DNA of 32,463 nucleotides from positions 1 to 32,463 of the IMG/VR virus record IMGVR_UViG_3300022683_000007. One strand, given 5' to 3'. The DNA comes from a virus. A program made the translations under genes and the position numbers. The notes beneath the pieces were generated by a model. That model did not search any database. It was not told the DNA's origin and saw only the letters and a program-made list of their open reading frames with translations. Positions 17,544 to 24,788 of this stretch are shown one piece after another. The first letter of the stretch is position 1, and the number at the start of each line of letters is the position of its first letter.

Positions 17544-18023
17544 CTAGCTGTGTCTGCAAAATTCGCCATGAAGCTTATTTCTAGCAGAATAAGCAGCGCA
17601 AGCCGCTTCAAACTTGGAATCAAAAAAACCAATGTGACAATCTTTGTTGCCAGACCTAACTCTTACATGCCATTTTTTTTGCCTGCTTGCCCAAGATACA
17701 TTTTTAATACCGCTGGTATTGGTTATTGGTTTTTTGTAATTCTGCATGTTCTCTGCTTGGCTACAAGCTCGCAGGTTTTCAATTTTGTTGTTTAATGGAT
17801 TGCCGTCAACGTGGTCTATGATTTTGGGAAGATATCCATTGTGATACAAAAAAACCAGCCGATGAATGTAATAAACAACACCGCTTATTTCGCATCTTAA
17901 ATAACCCTTATCAGTTATCCACCCAAGTGTTTTGGTGCTGCTTATGCCGTTTCTTTTTGATTTCCAGAAAAGATTTCCGTCGTTATAAGTAATGATAGAT
18001 TTTAAGGTTTGCTGATTTATCAT
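17544..18023 (-). CDS. HNH homing endonuclease with C-terminal AP2-type DNA-binding domain
   Basis: The track ORF is 17544..18029 (GTG). The ATG at 18023 has a GGAG SD 8 nt upstream. HNH motif: YYIHRLVFLYHNGYLPKIIDHVDGNPLNNKIENLR. AP2-like motif: SGIKNVSWASRQKKWHVRVRSGNKDCHIGFFDSKFEAACAAYSARNKLHGEF. Confidence 0.85.
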   Translation of the reverse strand: MINQQTLKSIITYNDGNLFWKSKRNGISSTKTLGWITDKGYLRCEISGVVYYIHRLVFLYHNGYLPKIIDHVDGNPLNNKIENLRACSQAENMQNYKKPITNTSGIKNVSWASRQKKWHVRVRSGNKDCHIGFFDSKFEAACAAYSARNKLHGEFCRHS

Positions 18024-18058
18024 AACCACTGCTCCTATGGTTTGCGCTCATGTAGGTA

Positions 18059-18110
18059 ACGCGCCAGACTGGTGAGCTTCCAGCTTTTCCCCCGCTAAGG
18101 GTAGGCGCGC
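18059..18110 (-). other. GC-rich stem-loop between the scaffold and HNH genes
   Basis: 18059-18065 pairs with 18104-18110. That is 7 bp in minus sense including one G-U, but only 6 bp in plus sense. It encloses a ~38-nt interior with small sub-hairpins and has no U-tract. Function unknown (processing site or boundary of the inserted HNH island). Confidence 0.3.
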
Positions 18111-18124
18111 TATTAGTATAACAC

Positions 18125-18865
18125 TTATCCGAAGGTTTGTACGTACGGCTTATCGCCACCGAATTCACGAAACATGCGTTGAATCTTAGCTTCATGGTTC
18201 CGATCAACCGAACGAAGTAGGTTTCCGTTCTGATCTTTCTTGTACATTTCAGCCTCAATTGCTTCCCATGTAATACCGCCTGGCTCAACCACTCCATCAA
18301 TCGGTAACTTGGCTGGAGCAGTAGCGCCAATCAGAGCCTCAACCAATTCAACCGCCTCAGCACTGTTCACACCGTACCGAACACGCTCATAAGTCTCTGG
18401 ATCAAGGTTATTCTTCATGAACTGCTCAACAGTCTTAATGCGCTGCTGTCCATTGTCACCAAGTTTAGCCAATTCGGTTTCAACGGAAACTTCCTCGACT
18501 GCTTGTGACTGTGCAACCAACAAATCCCACGCACGATTGAACGCGTCTTGTGACATATTGGTTTCTTCAGCAAACGTCTTAAGCTCAGAGAGTAGCTCGT
18601 CGCCATCCTCTACGCCCTCGGGTACAGAGTAACCCTCTTTAGGCGCACCCTTAAAGCCACCAAATCGCTTCTCAAGCTCGGTATACGCCTTAGCTTGATC
18701 TGCTATTGATTTATATTTGTCAGCCTTAAACCACTCTGGAGTGTCTCCTGAGCCCTTAATTCCTTCAGTTAAAAAGTATTCACCCTCTGACAACGTAGGG
18801 CTTGATTCATCTAGTAAAGACTCCCCGCCTTGCAGGGTATCGTCTACGACGGCCTGATCTTCCAT
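18125..18865 (-). CDS. Scaffolding protein
   Basis: 246 aa, very acidic, helical-looking and Cys-free, with a GGAG SD 8 nt upstream. It lies between the portal-proximal genes and the capsid gene. Confidence 0.65.
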   Translation of the reverse strand: MEDQAVVDDTLQGGESLLDESSPTLSEGEYFLTEGIKGSGDTPEWFKADKYKSIADQAKAYTELEKRFGGFKGAPKEGYSVPEGVEDGDELLSELKTFAEETNMSQDAFNRAWDLLVAQSQAVEEVSVETELAKLGDNGQQRIKTVEQFMKNNLDPETYERVRYGVNSAEAVELVEALIGATAPAKLPIDGVVEPGGITWEAIEAEMYKKDQNGNLLRSVDRNHEAKIQRMFREFGGDKPYVQTFG

Positions 18866-18869
18866 AACT

Positions 18870-19184
18870 CTATCTCCAAGGATATTGAATAACAGCCCTT
18901 TTAGGACTGACCTGCTGGTGTTTCAACAGGATTTCCATGATTCGACGCTCACCATTCAATAACGCTAAATCGTTAACGTCGATCCAATCTAAATGCTTAT
19001 CGCCTTGGTAACAGCGAAACGCACGAAACTTGTGGATATATTGGAACTTATCGAACTTGTACTGCTCTTGAATCTTATCTAGCCATTCAAACTTAAACTT
19101 TGACGACACCAACCAGTCTTTCTCGTCGCAGATCAAAGTGTATTTAGGCTGAACAGCCCTCGGCTTTCTCTTAGTCTCGGTCAT
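18870..19184 (-). CDS. Hypothetical protein (head module)
   Basis: 104-aa ORF, tightly packed (4-nt overlap with the upstream gene). No motif recognised. Confidence 0.5.
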   Translation of the reverse strand: MTETKRKPRAVQPKYTLICDEKDWLVSSKFKFEWLDKIQEQYKFDKFQYIHKFRAFRCYQGDKHLDWIDVNDLALLNGERRIMEILLKHQQVSPKRAVIQYPWR

Positions 19185-19456
19185 AACTCCTCCGCTTGCC
19201 TTACTAAATGCAGGATAAACTTAATCGCACCCGCCTCACCATTGTGATAGGCCGCTTCATAGTTGATATTCTGCGAACTTAGGGGCGTGTTGTTGTCGAT
19301 TAAGAACCTGCGACTTAAATCCTCAATAACTTTAAAGCCGTCATCAGTAGAAAAACAGCGATGATAAGCCTTGGCTAACTCAACCTGCTTTTCTCTGATC
19401 TGGGCTTTGCTCTTATTTGCTTTTTCTTGGTCTATCTCTAAATTTTCCCAACTCAT
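19181..19456 (-). CDS. Small head-module protein resembling Bbp19-type proteins
   Basis: 91 aa, directly after the portal gene with a 4-nt overlap. The pattern F.TDDGFKVIEDLSRRF...YHNGEAGAIKFILHLV resembles the Bbp19-like family as I recall it. Confidence 0.4.
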   Translation of the reverse strand: MSWENLEIDQEKANKSKAQIREKQVELAKAYHRCFSTDDGFKVIEDLSRRFLIDNNTPLSSQNINYEAAYHNGEAGAIKFILHLVRQAEEL

Positions 19457-21018
19457 TCAACCGCCCGCAATTGTGGTTGTTGTTGCATCTGTGCCGCTTC
19501 AGCACCCGCTTGGATGATCTGCTGCTTCTCAGAGTCAGATCGTACCAATTCGCTAGACATTCCTGTCTTTTCAGCCGCCCATGTACCGAAGTCCTCAGTC
19601 TTAAACGCCATCATTACCTGCTCTGGGCCTGCCGTCTGAAGTACAAACTGAACCGCCTGCTGTACTGCTAGTAAATCCTCGGCATCCTGCGCCCTAGCCA
19701 GCGGAGAAGTGAACTTTACGTCTACATCCACACCGTCTAATTGGATAGGCGTAATCAATCCGCGACGTGTAAGGATAGCAACGCAACGCTTCAGAACTGG
19801 CATTAGCACTTCAGTCTGTAATCGACCGAAGGCTGAACCTATACGCTTGGCTAATTCTCTCGACTCAATGGCTATTTCAGTAGCAGATCGCACTGGGCCA
19901 GTTGGGTCACGCAGATCGTTAAACAATGCAACCTTGATTGCGTTTTGTAGCTCACTAATTTCAAACTGCGCCAGTTGTAAATTGCTTGAAGTATCTAGCC
20001 GTTGAATAGATGGGTTACTTGTGTTGTTAGAACCTACAGGAATGACAATGCCAGGGGCGATTGTTAGGTTATAGGGGTTGGTCACACCGTCATCAGTCGC
20101 GGTATACATACCCGCTAGATCAATAGCCGCCTTTTGGAGTACAAACTCTTTAGCCTTATTCAGCGATCTAACGTCGGGCAATGTCTGCATGGCAGGGCCA
20201 CGACCTCGAACCTCGCCTGCTACCTTAGTGTATCGACCAGTAACCCAAGGCGAAGTATCTCCGAAGTCCTCGAACCATGATATGTGCGCCTCTTTCTTAA
20301 CCCACACGATACCGTAATACTTCTTAGTCTTAGGGCAGTAAACAACGCCTTCCGATATCTCTACCTCTTGGTCGGGTTGGTTCTCGATAATGTTCCGAGT
20401 GGTTGATGATGGCTCAAAGCCTCGCCACATTCTTTCCAATAGACGCGCTTTTACCTTCATTCGTCGCCAGTGAGTCTCAATCGTACCGAATGGCCCTTCT
20501 TCAAATGCGATTCCTTTCTGTGGGATAGCATGAAATACAAACGGCATTGTATCGTCGTCAGTCTCATCTATCCGTAGAGTCGCAGTACCCACCAATAAAT
20601 CAAGGGCGGCCTCGTAAAACTGAGTGCCGAAGTTTGATCGGTTGATATAGTCAAACACGATACTGGCTTGAGTCTCTAGGTTCTCTCGAATGTCCTGCTC
20701 TGACACGCCAAAGTCACCAGATTCTAGCGCTCTCAATACCTGCTCGCTAGGCTGGAATGTAGCCCAACGCGCCCAAATAGGTGCAATGCTTTCTTGTAGC
20801 TTGCTTGCGCCCTGCTGAATAGCAGTCAGTGACGTTGAATCGAATATGCGATCCATCTTCTTCTGACCTTTATCCTCTCGGTCAAATAGGTTTCGTTGGG
20901 GCAAGAAGTATTCGTAAACGTCTGACAATTGAGTGTGCCACATAGCCTCTGAATCGAAAGCCTTAGCTTCTCGCGTAACCATGTCATTGAGTGACCCTAA
21001 GTGTGAAGGTATTTGCAT
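19453..21018 (-). CDS. Portal (head-to-tail connector) protein
   Basis: 521 aa with a GGGGG SD. It lies downstream of TerL and upstream of the scaffold and capsid genes. Its size and sequence style fit a podovirus (T7 gp8-type) connector. Confidence 0.8.
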   Translation of the reverse strand: MQIPSHLGSLNDMVTREAKAFDSEAMWHTQLSDVYEYFLPQRNLFDREDKGQKKMDRIFDSTSLTAIQQGASKLQESIAPIWARWATFQPSEQVLRALESGDFGVSEQDIRENLETQASIVFDYINRSNFGTQFYEAALDLLVGTATLRIDETDDDTMPFVFHAIPQKGIAFEEGPFGTIETHWRRMKVKARLLERMWRGFEPSSTTRNIIENQPDQEVEISEGVVYCPKTKKYYGIVWVKKEAHISWFEDFGDTSPWVTGRYTKVAGEVRGRGPAMQTLPDVRSLNKAKEFVLQKAAIDLAGMYTATDDGVTNPYNLTIAPGIVIPVGSNNTSNPSIQRLDTSSNLQLAQFEISELQNAIKVALFNDLRDPTGPVRSATEIAIESRELAKRIGSAFGRLQTEVLMPVLKRCVAILTRRGLITPIQLDGVDVDVKFTSPLARAQDAEDLLAVQQAVQFVLQTAGPEQVMMAFKTEDFGTWAAEKTGMSSELVRSDSEKQQIIQAGAEAAQMQQQPQLRAVE

Positions 21019-21027
21019 ATTAGCCCC

Positions 21028-21393
21028 CTAGCGCTGTTGTGCGCTTGGCATACCTGATCGAGGCATTGAGCCGCCACCGAAATTAGATGAACCGCCACCA
21101 TAACCGCCAGACGTTCTTACCGATCCACCAGCCATACCACCCATTCCACCCATCATACCGCCAACAAGTGACCGACCGGCAGAACCACCAAGCCCAGAGG
21201 CACGACCACGACCTGCCGCTTCTTCACGGCTTCTTGGTGCGCCACCTAATAGGCTAACTGTTCCACGTTTACCACGAGATAAAGCACGAAAACGGTCTTC
21301 CTGCTCCTCGATCTCTTTATCTAGCATGATAGTTTGACGACGTTCTACCGCGACTTCTTGCGCTGTCTTTTTCGGAGCTTTTGGTTTACGCAT
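21028..21393 (-). CDS. Basic N-terminus plus Gly/Met/Ser-rich low-complexity protein
   Basis: 121 aa: MRKPKAPKKTAQE...RGKRGTVSLLGG, then GGMMGGMGGMAGG...GGYGGGSSNFGGGS. It overlaps the upstream gene by 8 nt. Confidence 0.5.
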   Translation of the reverse strand: MRKPKAPKKTAQEVAVERRQTIMLDKEIEEQEDRFRALSRGKRGTVSLLGGAPRSREEAAGRGRASGLGGSAGRSLVGGMMGGMGGMAGGSVRTSGGYGGGSSNFGGGSMPRSGMPSAQQR

Positions 21394-21721
21394 GTAATAA
21401 CCTCACATAGAGTTGATAAGGTGTAAGAATCAACGGGTTATTGATTCCAAGTATTTGTTTGACGTGTCCCACACAAGTATTGAGCATGATTGGACTACGC
21501 TTGCATTCTTTCCTTTTTGCCTTAATGACAATCACATCTTCTAGTGTAAACGGTTTATCATCCACTGTAAAAATATCCAGTGAGCCAACGGTCTTGCCGT
21601 ACACTATCCACCTACCACGGTCTGGAATGACAACGTAACAATGACGGCAAAACGGTTGCAGGAATCGTGACCACCAATGCCCATCGTCATCACAGAACAC
21701 AACGTACACATCAGAAGACAC
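21386..21721 (-). CDS. Hypothetical protein
   Basis: 111 aa with a GTG start and an AAGGTGG SD 6 nt upstream. It overlaps the TerL 3' end by 11 nt. Cys/His-containing (FCDDDGHWW...FCRHC...TCVGHVKQILGI). No family confidently recognised. Confidence 0.5.
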   Translation of the reverse strand: MSSDVYVVFCDDDGHWWSRFLQPFCRHCYVVIPDRGRWIVYGKTVGSLDIFTVDDKPFTLEDVIVIKAKRKECKRSPIMLNTCVGHVKQILGINNPLILTPYQLYVRLLHA

Positions 21722-23171
21722 TAAACGCCACCTTAGCCGTTGTAGGACGATGAAAGCCCTGCGCCCTAGTCAATGCCTGCCTGCCCTCACCTTCGCCCTG
21801 TAAAGCGTATTCAAGAGCTTCTACGGGATGTGAGTATTCGTTCTTATCGGGTTCATCAGTGTACCGATCCCCCGAGACTTGGATGCGTCGATAACAGAAC
21901 CCACCTTGTAAGCCCTTGCGTATCATCTTGGCCTTACCTGTTAGCTGGAACCTTGGCTTACCATCCATGCAGTTTTCCTTCATCGGTAACTCTAAGGCAG
22001 CACGTCGCATTGCAGGATCGTTAGTGCTAGTCGGGGAACATGGAATACCTGCCGCGCGTATGATCTTAAAAGGCGTATCTGCATTGGCCTGGTTCTTGTT
22101 GTCGCCCGATGGGTCACCCCAGCCCTTAAACTTGTGATCGGGATAATTAGCGTCGATATAACGTTTTAACTGTGGTGCAAAGTCTACCGCGCCCGAGTCT
22201 GTTAAACAGAATTCATCGAAGCACACCCACCTACCCATTGACGTACGCTGTAAGAATGCACAAGCAGGAGTCCGACCAAAGTCAAAGCCGAGTATGATAG
22301 GGATGTCTTTCGATGGCTCGAAGTGATCTTGCGAGCAGTGTACCGAGTCGACGTACATAGGGTGGACTGGCTTGCCACTAGATACAAAGCCGTATTCATT
22401 CGCTAGGTTGACCTTTATCCAATCGTCTGTTTTACCTTGCAGACCGCGTGAGTAGTAAGCAGTCGGCAGGTTGTCTAGGTTCTCGGCATCGGGATTGATA
22501 ACCCATGACTCGCCATCCTTAAACACACCCCCTGGTTGACGATGAAAAGCCCAGCCTTCTGGGCGTTCTTCCTCTGCTAGCTTGTAATACCAGTGATCCT
22601 CGTCGGGTGCGTTCGAGTCGCCTATGATGCCGTAGTGAGTAGGACGTGCGCCTTCCTTTGGTGACGGGTATCGACCAGCCCGCAGATCGAGCATATCAAC
22701 AACGGCCTTAGAGTGTTCCTTTGCCTCGTTCAGCCAGACCCATGTGGTCTGAATACCTCGAGCCTTCTTAACGTGATCTGGGCGATCAAAGGCAATAAAG
22801 ATAACCTCACACCGAACACTTGTACCATCGTCTAATTGAAACGCCAGGCGATGCGTGGGCGGTTCTTTATTACCCTGCTTAAACTCGCCCAAGTCTCCGA
22901 GTATCTCCAGCCAGTCCTTGATTGTCGTGCTGAATAGCTCGCTGTATGTATTACGAGCCGCAATGATTCTGGTCAGTCTCACCCCGTGATTAGGATGCTG
23001 TTCGCTTTTGACTGGCGCCTGCTCACACATTAGATCAAACAGTTTGAGGATAGTCTGTACTGTCTTACCACTACCGAGCGGGCCCATAATGAAGCTGTTA
23101 CGCTCTCGGCAATCAGCGAATTCTTGAAGCACTCGCCCTTGTGGTTTGAGATGATACTCAATCGTCGGCAT
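21711..23171 (-). CDS. terL: Terminase large subunit
   Basis: 486 aa. Walker A is GPLGSGKT and Walker-B-like is TTWVWLNEAKE. The C-terminal nuclease-like region reads ILGFDFGRTPACAF...WGDPSGD. TAATG overlap with terS. Confidence 0.9.
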   Translation of the reverse strand: MPTIEYHLKPQGRVLQEFADCRERNSFIMGPLGSGKTVQTILKLFDLMCEQAPVKSEQHPNHGVRLTRIIAARNTYSELFSTTIKDWLEILGDLGEFKQGNKEPPTHRLAFQLDDGTSVRCEVIFIAFDRPDHVKKARGIQTTWVWLNEAKEHSKAVVDMLDLRAGRYPSPKEGARPTHYGIIGDSNAPDEDHWYYKLAEEERPEGWAFHRQPGGVFKDGESWVINPDAENLDNLPTAYYSRGLQGKTDDWIKVNLANEYGFVSSGKPVHPMYVDSVHCSQDHFEPSKDIPIILGFDFGRTPACAFLQRTSMGRWVCFDEFCLTDSGAVDFAPQLKRYIDANYPDHKFKGWGDPSGDNKNQANADTPFKIIRAAGIPCSPTSTNDPAMRRAALELPMKENCMDGKPRFQLTGKAKMIRKGLQGGFCYRRIQVSGDRYTDEPDKNEYSHPVEALEYALQGEGEGRQALTRAQGFHRPTTAKVAFSVF

Positions 23172-23461
23172 TACTCTACACCGTCGAAGCGCTTTTTAAG
23201 CACAGACACGACCAGCGCATCACCGCCTTCGCCTGTAACCTCAGTGGCCTTAAGGTCTGGCAGGTACTTACCTAGTAGCTTGATACGCGCCTCAGTAGCG
23301 TACTTTAAGGCGTTTAGCTCGTTAGCTTCCATGCTAGCGCCCTGCTGTTCTATTTTCACAATGTTATCAACAGCTTTTTCAAGATGCTTTTGTTTCGATA
23401 ATAGGTCTCTTAGCGACTCCTGACGCATCGTTCTTTGCTTTGCCGCATTGGTTGCTGCCAT
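23171..23461 (-). CDS. terS: Terminase small subunit (putative)
   Basis: 96 aa, helical, and the first gene of the late operon. It is translationally coupled to terL. Motif: ARIKLLGKYLPDLKATEV. Confidence 0.6.
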   Translation of the reverse strand: MAATNAAKQRTMRQESLRDLLSKQKHLEKAVDNIVKIEQQGASMEANELNALKYATEARIKLLGKYLPDLKATEVTGEGGDALVVSVLKKRFDGVE

Positions 23462-23492
23462 GACTCACCCACGCATAAATTTTACCTATTGC

Positions 23493-23501
23493 ATAATAAC
23501 A
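23493..23501 (-). promoter_or_regulatory. Extended -10 promoter candidate (TGTTATTAT) for the late/packaging operon
   Basis: The same 9-mer sits upstream of the capsid gene (17490-17498). It lies 32 nt upstream of the terS ATG in an AT-rich 163-bp divergent intergenic region. Confidence 0.4.
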
Positions 23502-23532
23502 CAAATTAATATAACTAAATAATCTATACACT

Positions 23533-23562
23533 TTGTTACTATATCTATTTACACGATATCAT
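23533..23562 (+). promoter_or_regulatory. Sigma70-like promoter candidate for the plus-strand accessory module
   Basis: TTGTTA (23533-23538), an 18-nt spacer, then TATCAT (23557-23562). Downstream in the leader are a hairpin GGCTC-ACGGG-GAGCC (23587-23601) and a GGAGG SD. Confidence 0.3.
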
Positions 23563-23624
23563 CTATTAATAAATAATCACCTCAACGGCTCACGGGGAGC
23601 CACACAGCCTGGGAGGGCAGCACA

Positions 23625-23846
23625 ATGACTTCATTTGATATTGAGAAAAAGCGGTTAGATGGTATTTATTACGAGGGCTTTAATCTCATGCAATCAACAA
23701 TCAATGCACACGGTGTTGAGTTTGCACACCGCATGTTTAACGCTTACCACAAGCCAGGCGAGCCACACCGAGGCACTATTGAGGGCTATTATTTTATGAA
23801 GGGCGAGTTTGACGCCATTTTTAAAGCCACATACAAGGCCGCGTAA
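23625..23846 (+). CDS. Hypothetical protein (first gene of the plus-strand module)
   Basis: 73 aa with a GGAGG SD 9 nt upstream. His-rich (HGVEFAHRMFNAYHKPGEPHRG). No family recognised. Confidence 0.55.
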   Translation: MTSFDIEKKRLDGIYYEGFNLMQSTINAHGVEFAHRMFNAYHKPGEPHRGTIEGYYFMKGEFDAIFKATYKAA

Positions 23847-23852
23847 GCGGCC
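23837..23852 (+). other. All-GC hairpin with GNRA loop spanning the stop codon of gene 1
   Basis: GGCCGC-GTAA-GCGGCC. The TAA stop (23844-23846) lies in the loop, and the SD (AAGGGG) of the next gene follows immediately. There is no U-tract, so this is not a canonical terminator. Confidence 0.35.
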
Positions 23853-23865
23853 CAAGGGGTTAACA

Positions 23866-24048
23866 ATGAACACACAAGAGAAACGACTTTATGCGATCAT
23901 CATGGCCTTACTGTTTGCAGTACTTGCCCTGGGCATTGCTGGAACTGGAGACATCGAGGCAGAGGAAGATAGCGCCAGAATGTATAACGAGATGGTTTGC
24001 AAGGGTCACTGGCCCGACTATGAGGGGAGAAAACCGAAATGCCCTTAA
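23866..24048 (+). CDS. Small single-pass membrane protein
   Basis: The track ORF 23809..24048 is shortened to the ATG at 23866, which has an AAGGGG SD 5 nt upstream. That gives 60 aa: MNTQEKRLYAIIMALLFAVLALGIAGTG..., with a Cys-containing tail (CKGHWPDYEGRKPKCP). Confidence 0.55.
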   Translation: MNTQEKRLYAIIMALLFAVLALGIAGTGDIEAEEDSARMYNEMVCKGHWPDYEGRKPKCP

Positions 24049-24635
24049 AAGTATTGGTCGCCTGCGAGTATAGCGGCACAGTAAGAGAATCATTTATAAG
24101 GCGCGGACACTACGCGCTTTCTTGCGATCTACTTCCTGCAGATGATAACTCACCGAATCACTATCAAGGCAATGTCTTAGATATCTTGAGCGATGATTGG
24201 GATTTAATGATAGCCCACCCGCCCTGCACCTATCTGGCAGTTAGCGGACTGCACTGGAATAAAAGAATTGAGGGTCGCGCTCAGAAAACCGAGGAGGCGT
24301 TAGAGTTTGTTCGCCTACTCTTAGATGCGCCCATTCCTAAAATCGCAGTAGAGAATCCTGTAAGCTGTATCAGTACACGCATTAGAAAGCCCAATCAAAT
24401 AATTCAGCCTTGGCATTTTGGAGATGATGCTAGCAAGAAAACTTGTTTATGGCTTAAGGGCCTGCCGCCACTTGTAGAAACGAACAGACTAGAAGGCGAC
24501 GATAAAACTCGCAGGGCAAATCAAACGCCAAGCGGACAGAACAAACTAGGGCCGAGCGCGGACAGGTGGAAAATACGTAGCAAAACTTATCAAGGAATTG
24601 CAGACGCCATGGCAGATCAATGGGGCAGCGCATGA
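24039..24635 (+). CDS. Minimal C5-cytosine-methyltransferase-like protein with no recognisable target-recognition domain
   Basis: 198 aa. Motif-I-like: KVLVACEYSGTVRESF. Motif IV with the catalytic Cys: IAHPPCTYLAVSG. Motif VI, 42 aa later: AVENPV. Motif-VIII-like: IIQPWHFG...TCLWLKGLP. C-terminal: RSKTYQGIADAMADQW. It is far shorter than typical C5-MTases (300 aa or more). Confidence 0.5.
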   Translation: MPLKVLVACEYSGTVRESFIRRGHYALSCDLLPADDNSPNHYQGNVLDILSDDWDLMIAHPPCTYLAVSGLHWNKRIEGRAQKTEEALEFVRLLLDAPIPKIAVENPVSCISTRIRKPNQIIQPWHFGDDASKKTCLWLKGLPPLVETNRLEGDDKTRRANQTPSGQNKLGPSADRWKIRSKTYQGIADAMADQWGSA

Positions 24636-24641
24636 GTGCGA

Positions 24642-24788
24642 TTACTTCTTGAAAATCCTATCCCACCCTTCAGCGTAAGCCTTCCGCGTTTCTTCCGTAG
24701 CCCTTCGGGGCTTCGATCCTTTGCCACCGTCCATTTCTGGAAAGTGGCGCTTTCTCGTTTCCTTATCTAGCTTGTGTCTTAAGTCCAC
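24642..24788 (-). CDS. Small protein ending ...GKGSKPRRATEETRKAYAEGWDRIFKK (short form; the track's long form is 24642..24893)
   Basis: The track ORF starts at TTG 24893 with no SD. In the same frame, GTG at 24788 is preceded by GGGGG 9-10 nt upstream. That GTG shares a base with the TAG stop of the hidden ORF 24788..24937 (TAGTG). The C-terminal GWDRIF motif is common in tiny phage proteins. Confidence 0.4.
   Translation of the reverse strand: MDLRHKLDKETRKRHFPEMDGGKGSKPRRATEETRKAYAEGWDRIFKK

Noticed and set aside
17366-18124. The idea that the HNH gene and its structured flanks form a group I intron.
   Set aside because: The flanking scaffold and capsid ORFs are separate, complete genes with their own stops, SDs and starts. 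No split exon needs rejoining. A free-standing homing endonuclease is the simpler reading.
17983-18330. A 115-aa minus-strand ORF spanning the scaffold 3' end, the intergenic hairpin and the HNH 5' end.
   Set aside because: It overlaps two well-supported genes in other frames, has no SD and has junk-like composition. The same reasoning rejects the same-strand alternative frames 5574-5843, 10381-10623, 13695-13898, 14484-14783, 18415-18606, 22202-22399 and 23908-24093 (minus strand), and 23891-24073 (plus strand).
19181-19456. A diversity-generating retroelement, suggested by the Bbp19-like protein (named after the DGR phage BPP-1) and the lectin-fold fibre genes.
   Set aside because: No reverse transcriptase ORF occurs anywhere in the window. 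I saw no template/variable repeat pair near the fibre genes.
23809-24048. The long 79-aa form of the plus-strand membrane-protein ORF.
   Set aside because: Its first 19 codons overlap the end of the upstream gene and the GC hairpin. The internal ATG at 23866 has a proper AAGGGG SD and begins just before the TM segment.
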